Below, in pieces: positions 1 through 12,900 of a DNA stretch of 58,651 nt. The notes below the pieces were generated by a model. The model did no database searches, was not told the origin of the DNA, and saw only the letters and a program-made list of their open reading frames with translations. Each line of letters begins with the position of its first letter. Position 1 is the stretch's first letter. Source of the stretch: a virus (taxonomy: Duplodnaviria; Caudoviricetes). The DNA lies in the IMG/VR virus record IMGVR_UViG_3300017909_003206, positions 1 to 58,651 of that record, one strand, 5' to 3'. The position numbers and the translations under genes were made by a program.

Positions 1-354
1 AGTACAGTAAATCAAAATAGCAAAAGTTTTGCTTTGTACGATACAGAATTAATAAAACAAGACATTTTAAATCACTTTAATATTAGGAAAGGTGAAAAAA
101 TATACAATGCAGACTTTGGCACTGTAATTTGGAATACATTACATGAACCTTTAACACAGGCAACTAGAGAATTAATAGAAGAAGATATTAAGTCAATACT
201 AGATAGTGATCCTAGAATTGTGGTACAGGAAATTAATATAATTGAAAAAGAATTTGGTATCCAACTTGCCGTTGAATTAGAGTTTCAACAGTATAGCCAA
301 GTAGAAAAGATATTGTTTAATTTTGACCGTGAAAATGGTATCTCAATGCAGTAA
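1..354 (+). CDS. Baseplate wedge subunit, gp25-like (5'-truncated by the window edge)
   Basis: The frame is open from base 1. The pattern 'RKGEK..N.DFGT..W..L.EP...DPRI.V..I.I' is typical of the gp25/GPW family, and the gene lies directly upstream of a gp6-like gene. Confidence 0.8.
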   Translation, partial: STVNQNSKSFALYDTELIKQDILNHFNIRKGEKIYNADFGTVIWNTLHEPLTQATRELIEEDIKSILDSDPRIVVQEINIIEKEFGIQLAVELEFQQYSQVEKILFNFDRENGISMQ

Positions 355-387
355 ATAAAGTACGCAGTTAATAATTTAAGGTAAATA
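352..387 (+). promoter_or_regulatory. Two TAAATA boxes (T4-late-promoter-like), with an AAGTACGCAGTTAA motif between them
   Basis: TAAATA occurs at 352-357 and 382-387, just upstream of the ATG at 393. The T4 late consensus is TATAAATA. Confidence 0.5.
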
Positions 388-392
388 TTAGC

Positions 393-1328
393 ATGGCAAG
401 TTATGATAGACAAAATTCACTTTTAGTTAACGAAGATTGGAGCAAAATTTATCGCTCCTTTACTGACGCAGACTTCACTTCATATGATTTTCCTACTATA
501 CGTAGGACAATGATCAACTATCTTAGAAAGAATTATCCAGAAGATTTTAACGATTATATAGAATCAAGTGAATATTTGGCACTTATAGATGTAATTGCAT
601 TTTTAGGACAAAGTCTTGCGTATAGAGTTGATCTTAATGCTAGAGAAAACTTTATAGAAACAGCAGAAAAAAAGGAAAGCGTTCTACGACTTGCTAGACT
701 TGTTGGGTACAACAACAAAAGAAACATACCAGCAAGTGGAGTACTAAAAGTAACAGGAATTCAAACAACAGAAAACATAGTTGATAGTACAGGTACTCCT
801 TTAAGAAACAGATTTATACAATGGAATGATGATGCAAATGTAAATTGGTTAGAACAGTTTATTACAGTATTCAACAATGTGTTTACAGGATCAACCTTAT
901 ACGGTAAACCAAATGCTTCACAAGTAGTCGGTGGAATACAAACAGATCAATACAAAATCAATACAACAAATACTGATGTACCTATATATGCTTTCAACAA
1001 AAGTGTAAATGGTGTAGGTACACTTTTTAATGTTGTAAGTGCTAATGTTATTAACGGAAACATAATAGAAGAATCACCTAGACCTGGTAACACACTGGGT
1101 GTTTTGTACAGAAATGACAAAAGAGGTAACAGTTCAGAAAACACAGGATTTTTCTTTCATTTCAAACAGGGTGAACTTTTACAAAGTAATTTTACAGTAA
1201 ATGATCCTTCAAGCAATGAAGTAATCAATTTGAACACACCTAACATCAATAATAATGATGTTTGGTTATGGGAATTAGATCAAGCAGGTGCACTTGTAAA
1301 CGAGTGGACTAAAATAGATAGTGTGTAA
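393..1328 (+). CDS. Baseplate wedge protein gp6-like, N-terminal part (same frame as the following part; interrupted by TAA at 1326-1328)
   Basis: 'DF..IR..M..YLR...PE.FNDY.ESS....LID..A..G..L..R.D..A.E.F..TA....SV.RLA...GY' matches the N-terminus of T4 gp6-like proteins. Confidence 0.8.
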   Translation: MASYDRQNSLLVNEDWSKIYRSFTDADFTSYDFPTIRRTMINYLRKNYPEDFNDYIESSEYLALIDVIAFLGQSLAYRVDLNARENFIETAEKKESVLRLARLVGYNNKRNIPASGVLKVTGIQTTENIVDSTGTPLRNRFIQWNDDANVNWLEQFITVFNNVFTGSTLYGKPNASQVVGGIQTDQYKINTTNTDVPIYAFNKSVNGVGTLFNVVSANVINGNIIEESPRPGNTLGVLYRNDKRGNSSENTGFFFHFKQGELLQSNFTVNDPSSNEVINLNTPNINNNDVWLWELDQAGALVNEWTKIDSV

Positions 1329-3962
1329 GGATCAAATGCAATTTACAATAGTGTGGTTGCAAAAAACAGAAAGTTATATACAGTAATATCAAAAGATCAA
1401 GATGCTGTAAGTTTAAATTTTCCAGATGGTAGTTTTGGTGATTTACCAAATGGAAGTTTTAGAACATACTATAGAGTTTCAAACGGTTTAACTTATGCGA
1501 TTCGTCCTGCAGATATGCAAAACATAGGAATTGATATTTCTTATACAAGTAAAACAGGGCAAGTAAACACATTGACAATTCAGTGTGCTTTACAGTCTAC
1601 TGTAACAAATGCTACTGCAACAGAATCTGTAACAAGTATTAAAAGAAATGCTCCACAGTCTTTTTATTCACAAAACAGAATGATTACTGGTGAAGATTAC
1701 AATACATTACCTATTACTGCTAATCCGCAATTGGTAAAATCTAAAGCAGTCAATAGAGTTAGCAGTGGAGTATCAAGACAATTTGAAATTAAAGACCCTA
1801 CAGGAAAATATTCTTCTACAAATATAATTGCCGATGACGGCATAATATACAAGAATGATTTTGAAGTAGATTTCAGTTTTACATTCAGTAGTAGAAATGA
1901 CATATTGGGCATTTTAAGAAATAGAGTTGAACCTATTATTAACGATGTTTCTACAAAAAGTTTTTATTATGATAAGTTTCCACGTATTATTACAACTGGT
2001 TTAGATATAGATTGGGTACAAGCCACAGAAACAAGCACCGGAAGTAATGGATATTTTAGAAACAATAGGAATGGTGCTCCTGTAACAGTTGGTACATTTA
2101 CAGGAAACAACTTCAAATTTATAGCCACTGATGCAATGGTTAAATTTGTTCCACCAGCAGGTAGATATTTTTTACCAGATGGAAAGTTAACTACTACAAA
2201 GACTAAAACAACACGCGATTACATTTGGACAAAAGTTCAAAATGTTGTTGGTGATGGATCAAACGGGGGAAAAGGCGCACTAGATGATGGTACAGGACCT
2301 GTAATTATAAGTGAGAAAGTTCCTAGTTTAGCAATACCTAGTCAAATTGTTCCTAACATTGTTACTGATTTACCTAGTGATATTGAAACAGAACTTGTAG
2401 ATTTAATTTTTAATAACAAGACATTTGGTATAAGATATAATCAAAGTGACCTAACTTGGAAAATTATTACAAACGCAAATGTAAACACCATAGACACTTT
2501 TAGTTTAGATAGACAAGGTGATTTAACAGGAACTAAATCGGATAAAAGTTGGTTAGTATTGTTTGAAACAGATGGTGAAACTTACACAGTAACACATCGT
2601 GGTTTAGATTATAGATTTGAAAGCGAAAATTTAGTTCAATTTTATATAGATGCAAAAGGTAAAACATATGATCCTAAAACAGGCACAGTTATAAAAGATC
2701 AAATTAAAGTTTTAAAAGTAAACGAAGATCCTATATTAAACAACATTTTGACAAAAGATTATATTTGGGAAATAACAGGAAGTATTAGAAACTTAGATGG
2801 TTTTGATGATATTAACAAAGTAAAAATTAATTTGTACGATTCAGACGATGATGGCATGGTAGATGATCCAGATAGTTTTGATAATATTGTTGCACCTGAA
2901 AGTTTAGATGGAAGATCATACAGAGACAAATTTGTATTTTTTCAAACTAGCGTAGTAGATAATCAAACAGTTATCAAAAAAGTTTCTGCATCAAATTTTG
3001 TAATTTTTGACCAAGAAACAAGTATTCCTGCACTTTCAGATTACACTAATGGACAGTTGTTTTATTTTTATGCATCAACTGAAAATGTAGTTAAAAGTTA
3101 TAATTCTACAACAGGTTCACTTGATTTAGAAAACAGTTATTATGCAAGACCTGGTAGAGATAACATAAAGTTTCAATATATTCATAATGCCGAAGATAAC
3201 AGAAGATTAGATCCAAGTAAAACAAATATTATTGATTTATATGTCCTAACAGAAGCATATGATACAACATTTAGAAATTACATACAAAATGGAGGTTCAA
3301 AACCTACTGCTCCAACATCAGAACAACTAAGATCACAATTTGAGCCTGCTTTAGAGAAAGTAAAAAGTATAAGCGATACAATGATATTCCATACAGTAAA
3401 ATATAGAGAACTTTTTGGAGCAAGTGCTGATACAGATTTACAAGCACAATTTAAAATTGTTAGATCACCACAAAGTGTTATCAGTGATAACCAATTAAAA
3501 AGTTCTGTAATTACAGCAATAAATGAATTTTTCGATGTTAATAATTGGGACTTTGGAGATACATTTTATTTTACAGAGTTAGCGGCATATATTCATAATC
3601 AAACAGCACCTAATCTTGCTGAAATTGTAATTGTACCAAGAAGCAACAATCAAGCATTTGGTTCATTATTTCAAATTTCAAGTAAGCCAGATGAAATATT
3701 CATTAGTAGTGCAACAGTAGATAATGTTGAAATTATTGACAGTATAACTTCATCTAATTTACAAGCATCAGGAAATGTTATCAGTAGTGTAGAAAATGTA
3801 GGCACAATTTCCGTTACTTCATCTAATACTGCAACAGTGGCAACAAGCACTGTGGCAACAAGCACTGCTATATCATCAGGAACTGCAAGTACAACTAGTA
3901 GTAGTTCATACGGCAGTGGTTCATCAAGCAGTGGATCGGGTAGCGGAGGCAGTGGTTACTAA
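1329..3962 (+). CDS. Baseplate wedge protein gp6-like, C-terminal part (in-frame continuation; the full gene 393-3962 would be 1189 aa)
   Basis: Contains 'F.DG.FG..P' and 'ES..SIK.NAP...Y.QNRM.T..DY', which are gp6/baseplate-J motifs. It is in the same frame as 393-1328, has no obvious RBS before the GTG at 1353, and ends in a Ser/Gly/Thr-rich tail. Confidence 0.8.
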   Translation, partial: GSNAIYNSVVAKNRKLYTVISKDQDAVSLNFPDGSFGDLPNGSFRTYYRVSNGLTYAIRPADMQNIGIDISYTSKTGQVNTLTIQCALQSTVTNATATESVTSIKRNAPQSFYSQNRMITGEDYNTLPITANPQLVKSKAVNRVSSGVSRQFEIKDPTGKYSSTNIIADDGIIYKNDFEVDFSFTFSSRNDILGILRNRVEPIINDVSTKSFYYDKFPRIITTGLDIDWVQATETSTGSNGYFRNNRNGAPVTVGTFTGNNFKFIATDAMVKFVPPAGRYFLPDGKLTTTKTKTTRDYIWTKVQNVVGDGSNGGKGALDDGTGPVIISEKVPSLAIPSQIVPNIVTDLPSDIETELVDLIFNNKTFGIRYNQSDLTWKIITNANVNTIDTFSLDRQGDLTGTKSDKSWLVLFETDGETYTVTHRGLDYRFESENLVQFYIDAKGKTYDPKTGTVIKDQIKVLKVNEDPILNNILTKDYIWEITGSIRNLDGFDDINKVKINLYDSDDDGMVDDPDSFDNIVAPESLDGRSYRDKFVFFQTSVVDNQTVIKKVSASNFVIFDQETSIPALSDYTNGQLFYFYASTENVVKSYNSTTGSLDLENSYYARPGRDNIKFQYIHNAEDNRRLDPSKTNIIDLYVLTEAYDTTFRNYIQNGGSKPTAPTSEQLRSQFEPALEKVKSISDTMIFHTVKYRELFGASADTDLQAQFKIVRSPQSVISDNQLKSSVITAINEFFDVNNWDFGDTFYFTELAAYIHNQTAPNLAEIVIVPRSNNQAFGSLFQISSKPDEIFISSATVDNVEIIDSITSSNLQASGNVISSVENVGTISVTSSNTATVATSTVATSTAISSGTASTTSSSSYGSGSSSSGSGSGGSGY
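3837..3866 (+). repeat. Exact 15-bp tandem duplication GTGGCAACAAGCACT x2 (VATST x2) in the low-complexity tail
   Basis: Read directly from the sequence. Confidence 0.8.
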
Positions 3963-6900
3963 TGGCTTACAGTGAAAATGAGAATACTCCAGTAAACGCA
4001 CAGAACAAAGACAAATATAGAAATAGTTCTGATTTACTTCCATTATTTTTTAGAACAGAAGCAAACAAAAAGTTTTTAGGAGCAACACTTGATCCTTTAA
4101 TTTCAAAAGGACAACTAGAACGTGTAAACGGTTTTGTTGGAAGTCGTGCAAGTAAAAGTGCATTACCTGAAGATAGGTATCTACCTGAACCAACTTCAAA
4201 TAGAAGACGTTATAATGTGTTACCTAGTTTAGTAATTAGGGACGAATTTGATGACAGGACCGATTGGTTAGCAACATATGATGACTTAATTAATCAATTA
4301 GATTTTTTCAATGCAGACACTAGCAATCATGATAGAATGTTTGCAAACAATTACTATGCTTGGAATCCGCATATTGATTTTGACAAGATTGCAAATTACA
4401 GACAGTACTACTGGTTACCGCAAGGTCCAAGTCCTGTAACAGTTACAGGAAATGCAGATGGAACTATAAGTTCTTTTGCAGTTACAAATAATGCACAAGG
4501 AGCCTATGTTTTTACTCCAGACGGGACAAGCGATAATCCTGTAATTAAATTATATAGAGGAGCAACATACAAATTTGAAATTAACGCTCCAGGACATCCT
4601 TTTTATATAAAATTGGCAAAGACAGTTGGAAGTACTGATGCTTATTCAGAAGGAATTACTGGTAATGGTACAGATAGTGGTACAGTTGTATTCACTGTTC
4701 CTAAAGGTGCACCGGACATTTTATATTATGCTTGTGGCAATCATCAAAGTATGCAAGGTATTTTTGAAATCAAAAATGCTGAAGATGAGTTAGCAATTAA
4801 TATTACATCTGAAATTTTAGGAAAAGCAGAATATACAAGCACAAACGGTGTTAAATTTACAAATGGTTTGAAAGTTAATTTTACAGGAAATGTTACTCCA
4901 ACAAGTTACAGAGATAAGAATTATTATGTTGAAGGCGTAGGTACAGGAATAAAACTATTACCTGTATCTGAATTTGATACTCCAGAAGGTTACAGTCAAA
5001 ATTTTGATTATGAATTCGACGTTGATGAATTTGATGCAAAGCCTTATGATGATGCAGAAGCAACTCCTCAAAATCCTGAATACGTTACTATAAACAGATG
5101 TGCTATTGATAAAAATCCTTGGACTAGATATAATAGATGGTTTCATAGAGAGATAGTTGAACTCACTGCAAAGTATAACAATACCAATGTTGTATTAGAT
5201 GAAAACTTTAGAGCAAAACGTCCTATTATAGAATTTGTACCTGGTATACAGTTGCACAATTTTGCTACTGAAGGATTAGGAAATGTTGATGTTATAGACA
5301 CAGTGACTACTGACGCATTCAGTGAAATTGAAGGACACATTGGTTATTATGTTGACGGTGTTGATCTCGAAGAAGGTATGCGTGTAACTTTCAATGCTGA
5401 TCCAGACATCACTGTAAAAGGTAAAATTTATACAGTAAGATTTATTTCTCATGGTAATAAATCTAGATTGCATTTAGAAGAATCAGATGTTCCGTTGTCA
5501 GGGCAAGGTATTGTTGTAAACAGTGGAAAAATTAACAAAGGTACTAGTTGGTATTTTGATGGAACAAATTGGATCAAAGGACAACAAAAAACTTCAATCA
5601 ATCAAGCACCATTATTCCAACTGTATGATGCAGATGGTATTAGTTTTAATGATACAAAATATGGATTAAACTTTACTGGTAATGAATTAGTAAGTTATAA
5701 ACAAGGTGAAGGTGCAAATGATCCTGTGTTAGGATTCCCTATCGAATATCAAAATGTTTCCAACATAGGTGATATTGTTTTTGAATTTGATTGGGACGAT
5801 AAAAACTTTACATATTCTGATGGTACTAAGAATGTTGTGCAAGATACTGCAAGTGGATTGGTCAAAGTTAATTCGTCGCTTACAAACAGTGTTTATGAAT
5901 CAGGTTGGTCTCTTGTAAAAGAAAATTCACGTCAACGCATTTTACAGATAAATGATACAAATCAAAGTACTCCGTTTTTAGAAATTACATGTATACAAGA
6001 TCCAGGAATTTGGTTGAAAGGTTCTGACATCACTGTAGATATAGGAGGCACATGTTTAAAAAGCACAACAGGATTTACAACTAGAAAAGATGTAGAAACA
6101 GGCAAAAGATTATTTTTAGATTTTGTAACCCCAGTTGAAAGCAATCAAAGAATAGTTGCAAAAATTACAACTGACAGATTACCTAACGATCAAGGTTATT
6201 ATGAACCGCCTGTTAATTTAGTTAATAATAGTGAAAACAATGATCTAAGAACATTTACTTTAGGAAGTGTAACAGATCATGTAAACACTATATTTTCTAA
6301 TGATACTAGAATTACAGGAAAGTTTAACGCAAACAGTAACGCAAGAGACATAAAAGATTTATATAAATCTGGTAACAGATATGTTAAACACAAAGGTAGT
6401 TTACTTCCTGCACTGTTTGGTTTAGTTGATAGCGAAACTAATGTAATTAAATCAATTCGCAAACATGCTTTAGATTACAATGTTTTCAAACAACAATTTA
6501 TTGAAGTATTTGATCAAGTAGAAATATCAGGTTTACCAAGAGATGATGTAGATACTATATTATACAAAATGTCTCAAAACAAAAATCCACAGTCGCCGTA
6601 TTTTTATAGCGATATGGCAGGTTATGGTAGATCTCTAATAAAACTAGAATACAAAGTAGACACTTTTGAACAGCAAATTTTTGGAATACAAAACAACTTT
6701 AAATTAAATGAAGTGAGCAATAGAAGTGTATATGTATATCATAACGGTTTACATTTAGTAAACGAAAAAGATTATGTATTTGATCCAGTAGACAGTACAG
6801 TTGAACTTAAAGTTAAAACAAAAATTGGTGATAGTGTAGTTGTATATGAATATGAAACACTTGGTAATGTGATTCCAAGCACTCCAACTAAATTAGGATT

Positions 6901-9900
6901 GTACAAAAAATATGTACCTAAAAAATATACAGACAAGACGTATATAAATGATACTGAAATAATTTTAGGCCATGACGGAAGTAAAACTGTTGCATATGGG
7001 GATTACCGTGATGACATTGTATTAGAATTAGAAAAAAGAATTTATAACAATATAAAAGTAGAATACAACAGAAATGTTTTTGACAACAATGAATTTATTC
7101 CAGGCGGATTTAGAAAAACTGAAATTGATGAAGAAGTATGGAACAAACATAACCAAGAAGATTTTCAATATTGGGCAAACCTTTATGAAATAGAATATTT
7201 GAAAAATGACACATCAGTCGAAGGTGAGATTTTCTCATACAATTATGCAACTGGACAAGACACAGTAAACAATAACAAATTACCTGGTTATTGGAGAGCA
7301 ATATACAAAAAGTTTTTTGATACAGATATACCTCATACTGCACCCTGGGAAATGCTTGGATATTCAATTGAACCAACTTGGTGGAACGAAAGGTATGGAT
7401 CAGCACCTTATACAAGCGGTAATGAAATATTATGGCATGATTTAGAAAAAGGATATGACTACGGTACAAGAAGTATTAATCCTACATATTCTAGACCAGG
7501 TTTAAGTAAAGTGTTGCCTGTCAATGAATATGGGGAATTATTAAGTCCTGTAGAATGTAATCTTGTAAGTAACTTTATTACAACTAATTTAGGAGTTGAT
7601 TGGAAATTTGGAGATCAAGGTCCTTCAGAATATGCATGGCGTTCAAGCAGTTGGTATCCTTTTGCAGAACAAATTGCACTTATACTTACAAAACCTGCAT
7701 TGTATTTGACTAGTTTATTTGATACAAGTCAAAACAAAATAAACTTATCTGAAAACTTAATATACAAAGATACACAAAAGATTATAGATTTTACAGATGT
7801 TAAGATACACAACTTACTGTATAATGACATAAGATACTTTGGTAGCGGTTATCATGTGTTTGTGGTAGACTATTTGAAATCAAAAAGTCAAGATGTAAAA
7901 ACTGGATATCATGACAGATTAACCAACACTAGTATGAATTTAACATACAAGACTGGCGCTTTTGTTAATAAAGAAAGATTAAGAGTATTACTTGAAAGTA
8001 GTAATCCTAATCAACCAGATAAAAGTATTTTCTTGCCAGAAGAAAATTATGAGATAGCATTTAGAAAATCTAATCCTGTTTATACTGCAAGGATGTCCGG
8101 CGTTGTTGTTGAAGTTACAGATAAAGGATACAAAGTAAAAGGTTATGACAAATATCAACCTGTCTTTAACATATATAAACCGATTGCATCGCAGAGTGAT
8201 AGAGCAGAAGTTGTAGGTGGAGTATCTGCTAATTTTATTATTTGGCAACAGAATAAATTTTATGGTGTAGGGCAAATTGTACAATATGATGGTAGATATT
8301 ATAGAGTAAAAACGGATCATACAAGTACAGAATCATTTGACGGAAGTAAGTACAGTACATTAAGTGAATTGCCATTAACAGGTGGTGCTAGTGTAACAGT
8401 GCCAACAAGATTTGAAGAAACAATTACTCCAATTCCTTATCATACTGAACTTGCAACAAAGCAAGACGTTTACGATTTATTATTAGGTTATGAGCAATAC
8501 TTAAAAAGTATAGGATTTGATTTTGATAATAAAGTTGATGAAATAGATACAATAGGTGATTGGAAATTAAGTGGAAAAGAATTTTTATATTGGACAACAC
8601 AAGGTTGGAACAAAGGAAGTTTAATTACTTTATCGCCTTTTGCAAAGAAAGTTTCCTTTACATTTGGAACAGGACAAGTAGATAATGTATTAGATAGTTT
8701 TTATGAATATAGTATATACGATGCATCGGGAAATATTATTCCTAGATCAAATATTAGTACTACAAGAGAAAGTAGTAAATTTACAATTAAACCTGTTGAT
8801 ACAAATTTAGGGTTGTATAATGTACAGTTAAATCTTGTACAAAAAGAACACGTTTTAGTTTTAGATGATAAAACAATTTTTGGAGATATTATATATGATC
8901 AAGAAGCAGGTTACAGACAAGAAAGAGTTAAACTAGTAGGATTCAAAACTACAGAATGGGATGGAGATTTATTTTCACCAGGTTTCGTTTACGACGAAGC
9001 AAAAATTTCACCGTGGGCACCATTTAGAGATTATAATTTAGGTGATGTTGTATATTTCAAAACAAAGTATTACAGTGCAAAAAGATTTTTGCCCGGAACA
9101 GAAGTTTTTGATTATACTGATTGGACATATCTTGAAAGACAACCAACTGCTGAATTATTGCCTAATTTAGATTTTAGGATTAGCAACTTTGAAGATTTTT
9201 ATAATTTAGATACAGAAACATTTGATGATGCTACCACGCAATTATCACAACATCTAATAGGGTATCAAAAACGTTTATATTTAGATAATTTAATACAAGA
9301 CACAACTGCACAGTATAAATTCTATCAAGGATTTATTAAAGAAAAAGGAACAAAAAATGCAATTGATAAAGTTGCTAGACTAAAAATTGATGATGTGCAG
9401 ACTGATGTACAGTATGACGAAGAATGGGCATTCAAAGTTGGAAGTTTAGGTAGTACATCTACTGTAAAAGAAATAGAATTTACATTAGACGAAAAAGAAA
9501 ATCTAGACAATCCACAAGCATATGATTTTGTTAGTGCTGTTACAACTAATACTGCACCAGGTAATAACATACAATTACTTGCAAATAAAATTAGTGTAAA
9601 ACCAAGTGACTATGATAACAATCCTTGGCCTGTAACAAAACTAGATGCTACTGCTGGTATAACAAGTGATTATATAAACAAATTACCAGTAGCAGGTTTT
9701 CCTAGATTAGATGATATACCAACTACATCTTTCAGTTATGATGATCTTGTAGGAAGTAATATTATTAATGCACTTGATGACGGAGATTTAATCTGGGTAG
9801 CAAAGGATAAAGATACTAAATGGAACGTTTATCAACTTAACGCCATACCTGCTAGATTGATACAAACAGATGATATAAACACAGGATTTACAGAAGATGA

Positions 9901-12900
9901 AATTACTCTGTTTACAGATGTACCGCACGGTTTAATAAAAGATCAAATTATTAGCATTAAAAACTTTAGTGAAGATGTTGACAATGTTTATCTTATTAAA
10001 GAAATATTATCTACTACTAGTTTTAAAGTTAGCGGTGGAGACGCAAGAGGTAGAGTTGATGACAGTGCAACAGGACAAATATTAGAGTTCAACAGCACTA
10101 GAGTAACACAGCCAGATAATATAAACGATATTAAAAATGTAAGTAAAATTACACCTGGAACATTAGTATATGCAGATGATGATGGTACAGGCAAATGGGC
10201 AGTGTATGAAAAAATTAATGCATTTACTGAAAATAAATGGGGTGCTCCAAATCAATTAGCCAATCAAACGTTTGGTTCACAAATAGTTACTGCAAATGCA
10301 GGAAGAACTATTGTAGTCAGTGCTCCAACTTTTGGTGATGAAGGTCAAGTGTATGTTTTAAACAGAGAATTCAACACAGATATTTCTACATTAACAACAA
10401 CACAAGGTTTTGCTGTATCATTTAATGAAAGTGATAACATTGTTACAGGTAAAGGATTAGGATCAAGTTTAGCAATTAGTAATGATGGCACAGTACTTGC
10501 GGCAGGCTCTCCTAAAGCAAGTAATTTTAAAGCAACAGACGATAGTTCAAGAGTTGGGTTTAGAGTAAGCGTAGGAGACTTTACAATTGATCCTGACACT
10601 TATACACGTGAAGGTGTTGTGACTTTACATACTTACAATACAGAAGATAATGTATTCAAATTAAACTATGTTATAGGTAGTAGTGATCCACAAAATGATG
10701 CACACTTTGGCGAAAGTATTTTAGTTTCAAACAACAAATTACTAGTTGGTGCTCCTGGGTATAACACAAAACAAGGTAAAGTATTCATTTATGATAAAGT
10801 TACCCAAGCAGACGGAAGCACACTTGACTGGGAATTAAGCAAATATCACACTTTGAGTATACCAAACAGCAGAGACGGAGACTTGTTTGGTACAGCAATG
10901 GCAGGTAATAAAGATTTATCGTTGATAGCCATAACAGCACCAGGAGTAGAATTGGTTGGTGATGACTCTTCTAGCAACAAAGGTGCAGTGTACATTTACA
11001 AATTAGTATCCAATGATTATCAACTTGTTCAAACAATAAGTCCTAGCAACTTCAGTGAAATTAAAACAGGTGATGAATTTGGTTATGCAGTTGCAATGAG
11101 TGAGAATGGTAACACACTTGTTGTAAGTGCTCCATATAATGATAGCGGAAATATCAACAGCGGTGCAGTTTATTATTTTAAAAGAACAAGTTCAGATAGC
11201 AGTGTAGAACAGTACACTTATCAACAAACTATTCTAAGTCCACAAACAGAACTAGAAGAAAAATTTGGTGGCAACATAGCAGTTAATCCAAAAGGTGATA
11301 GCATAGCAATTTGGAGTGAACATGGTAGAAATGTACTGACAACGACTTTTGATAAATTTACAAAATTCGATGATAGCACATTAACTAACACAAACGCACA
11401 AACAACGTTTGATGCTAACAGTATGAAGGTTGTTGATGAAAATTATGCAAGTGGTACTGTGTTTACATATTCGTTACTTAACACAAAATTTGTTTTTGGA
11501 CAAAAAGTTAATTCTGAAACACTAAAAAGTTTTGATAGATTTGGAAAAGGTTTAAGTTATACAGAGAATGCACTAATGGTTGGTGCACCTAATCACAAAA
11601 CAGATACCATTAACAATATAGGTGCTTTATGGGTATACCAAAAAGTAAAAACAGGAGGATGGAATAAGTTAAGAGTTCAAGAAGATCCAACTGATCCATA
11701 TTCTGTAAAGAAAATTTTAACTTACAATACCACAAATAATAAAGTAAAAGATTTCTTTGAAACTATTGATCCAGTAAAAGGCAAAATTCCAGCACTTGCT
11801 GAAGCAGAGATTACTTACAAAACAGATGTTGATCCTGCCTCGTATACTAAAGGAACAGGTATTGTAACTGTTCAACCTATTACTTCTTGGACTGAAACGC
11901 ATGTAGGAGAAGTTTGGTGGGACACTTCAACAGTAAGATATGTTTGGTATGAACAAGGGGATACAGAATATAGAAAGTCCAATTGGGGAACAATTTTTCC
12001 TGGTTCAAGCATAGATGTTTATGAATGGGTAGAAACTGATTTACTACCAAGTGAGTGGACTGAAATTTCTGCCACACAGCAAGGCACCATACTAGGAGTA
12101 AGTGGTACACCAAAATATGGTGACGATACCCTTGTACAAAAAAATATTTACAATACACAAACCGGAGCATTTGAAACAAGATATTACTATTGGGTCAAAA
12201 ATAAAGTAAGTGTACCGTCGGTGTCTAACAGAAATTTACCTACAATTGAAGTTGCAAAGATTATTGAAGATCCACAAGCATACGGTATTAAAAGTGTGCA
12301 ACTTTTGGCAAAAAATGCATTGAGTATAAGCAATGTTAAAACAACACTGATTGACAGTGATATTAATATAAACATTCAATATAGAAATATTGAAACTGAT
12401 TTGCCTGAACATAATGAGTGGAAATTGATAGGTGAAAAACAGACTAAGAAAATTGACGATAGATTATTAGTTAAAAAATTAATTGATAGTGCAGTAGGAT
12501 ATGATAGTCAAGGTAATACTGTGCCTGATACTGCTTTGCCTAATACTAAAAAGTATGGTATACAAATACGTCCTAGACAAAGTATGTTTGTCAATAGACT
12601 AGATGCTTTAAAAACTATTGTTACATACGCCAACGAAGTAATGGCGGCAAATAGAATTGTAGACACAAAAGACATAAGCGACTTGTCAGATAAAGATCCT
12701 AAACCAAGTGCAACTTCAGGCAAATGGGACAAGCAGGTTGATGACTTTGGCGAAGTAAGTGAAATTGGAACTCAATTATTAGAACAAGCAACTTGTACAG
12801 GTCAATTAGAAAACGGTAGACTTCAATCTGTTACAATTACAAATGATGGTTTTGGTTATATGAAAGCACCAGAAGTAATTATTACAGGTGATGGTACAGG

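Noticed and set aside
393-3962. Alternative genetic code (stop-codon reassignment) as the cause of the split gp6-like gene
   Set aside because: TAA, TAG and TGA all end genes normally in this window, and the 14-kb ORF has no internal stops.
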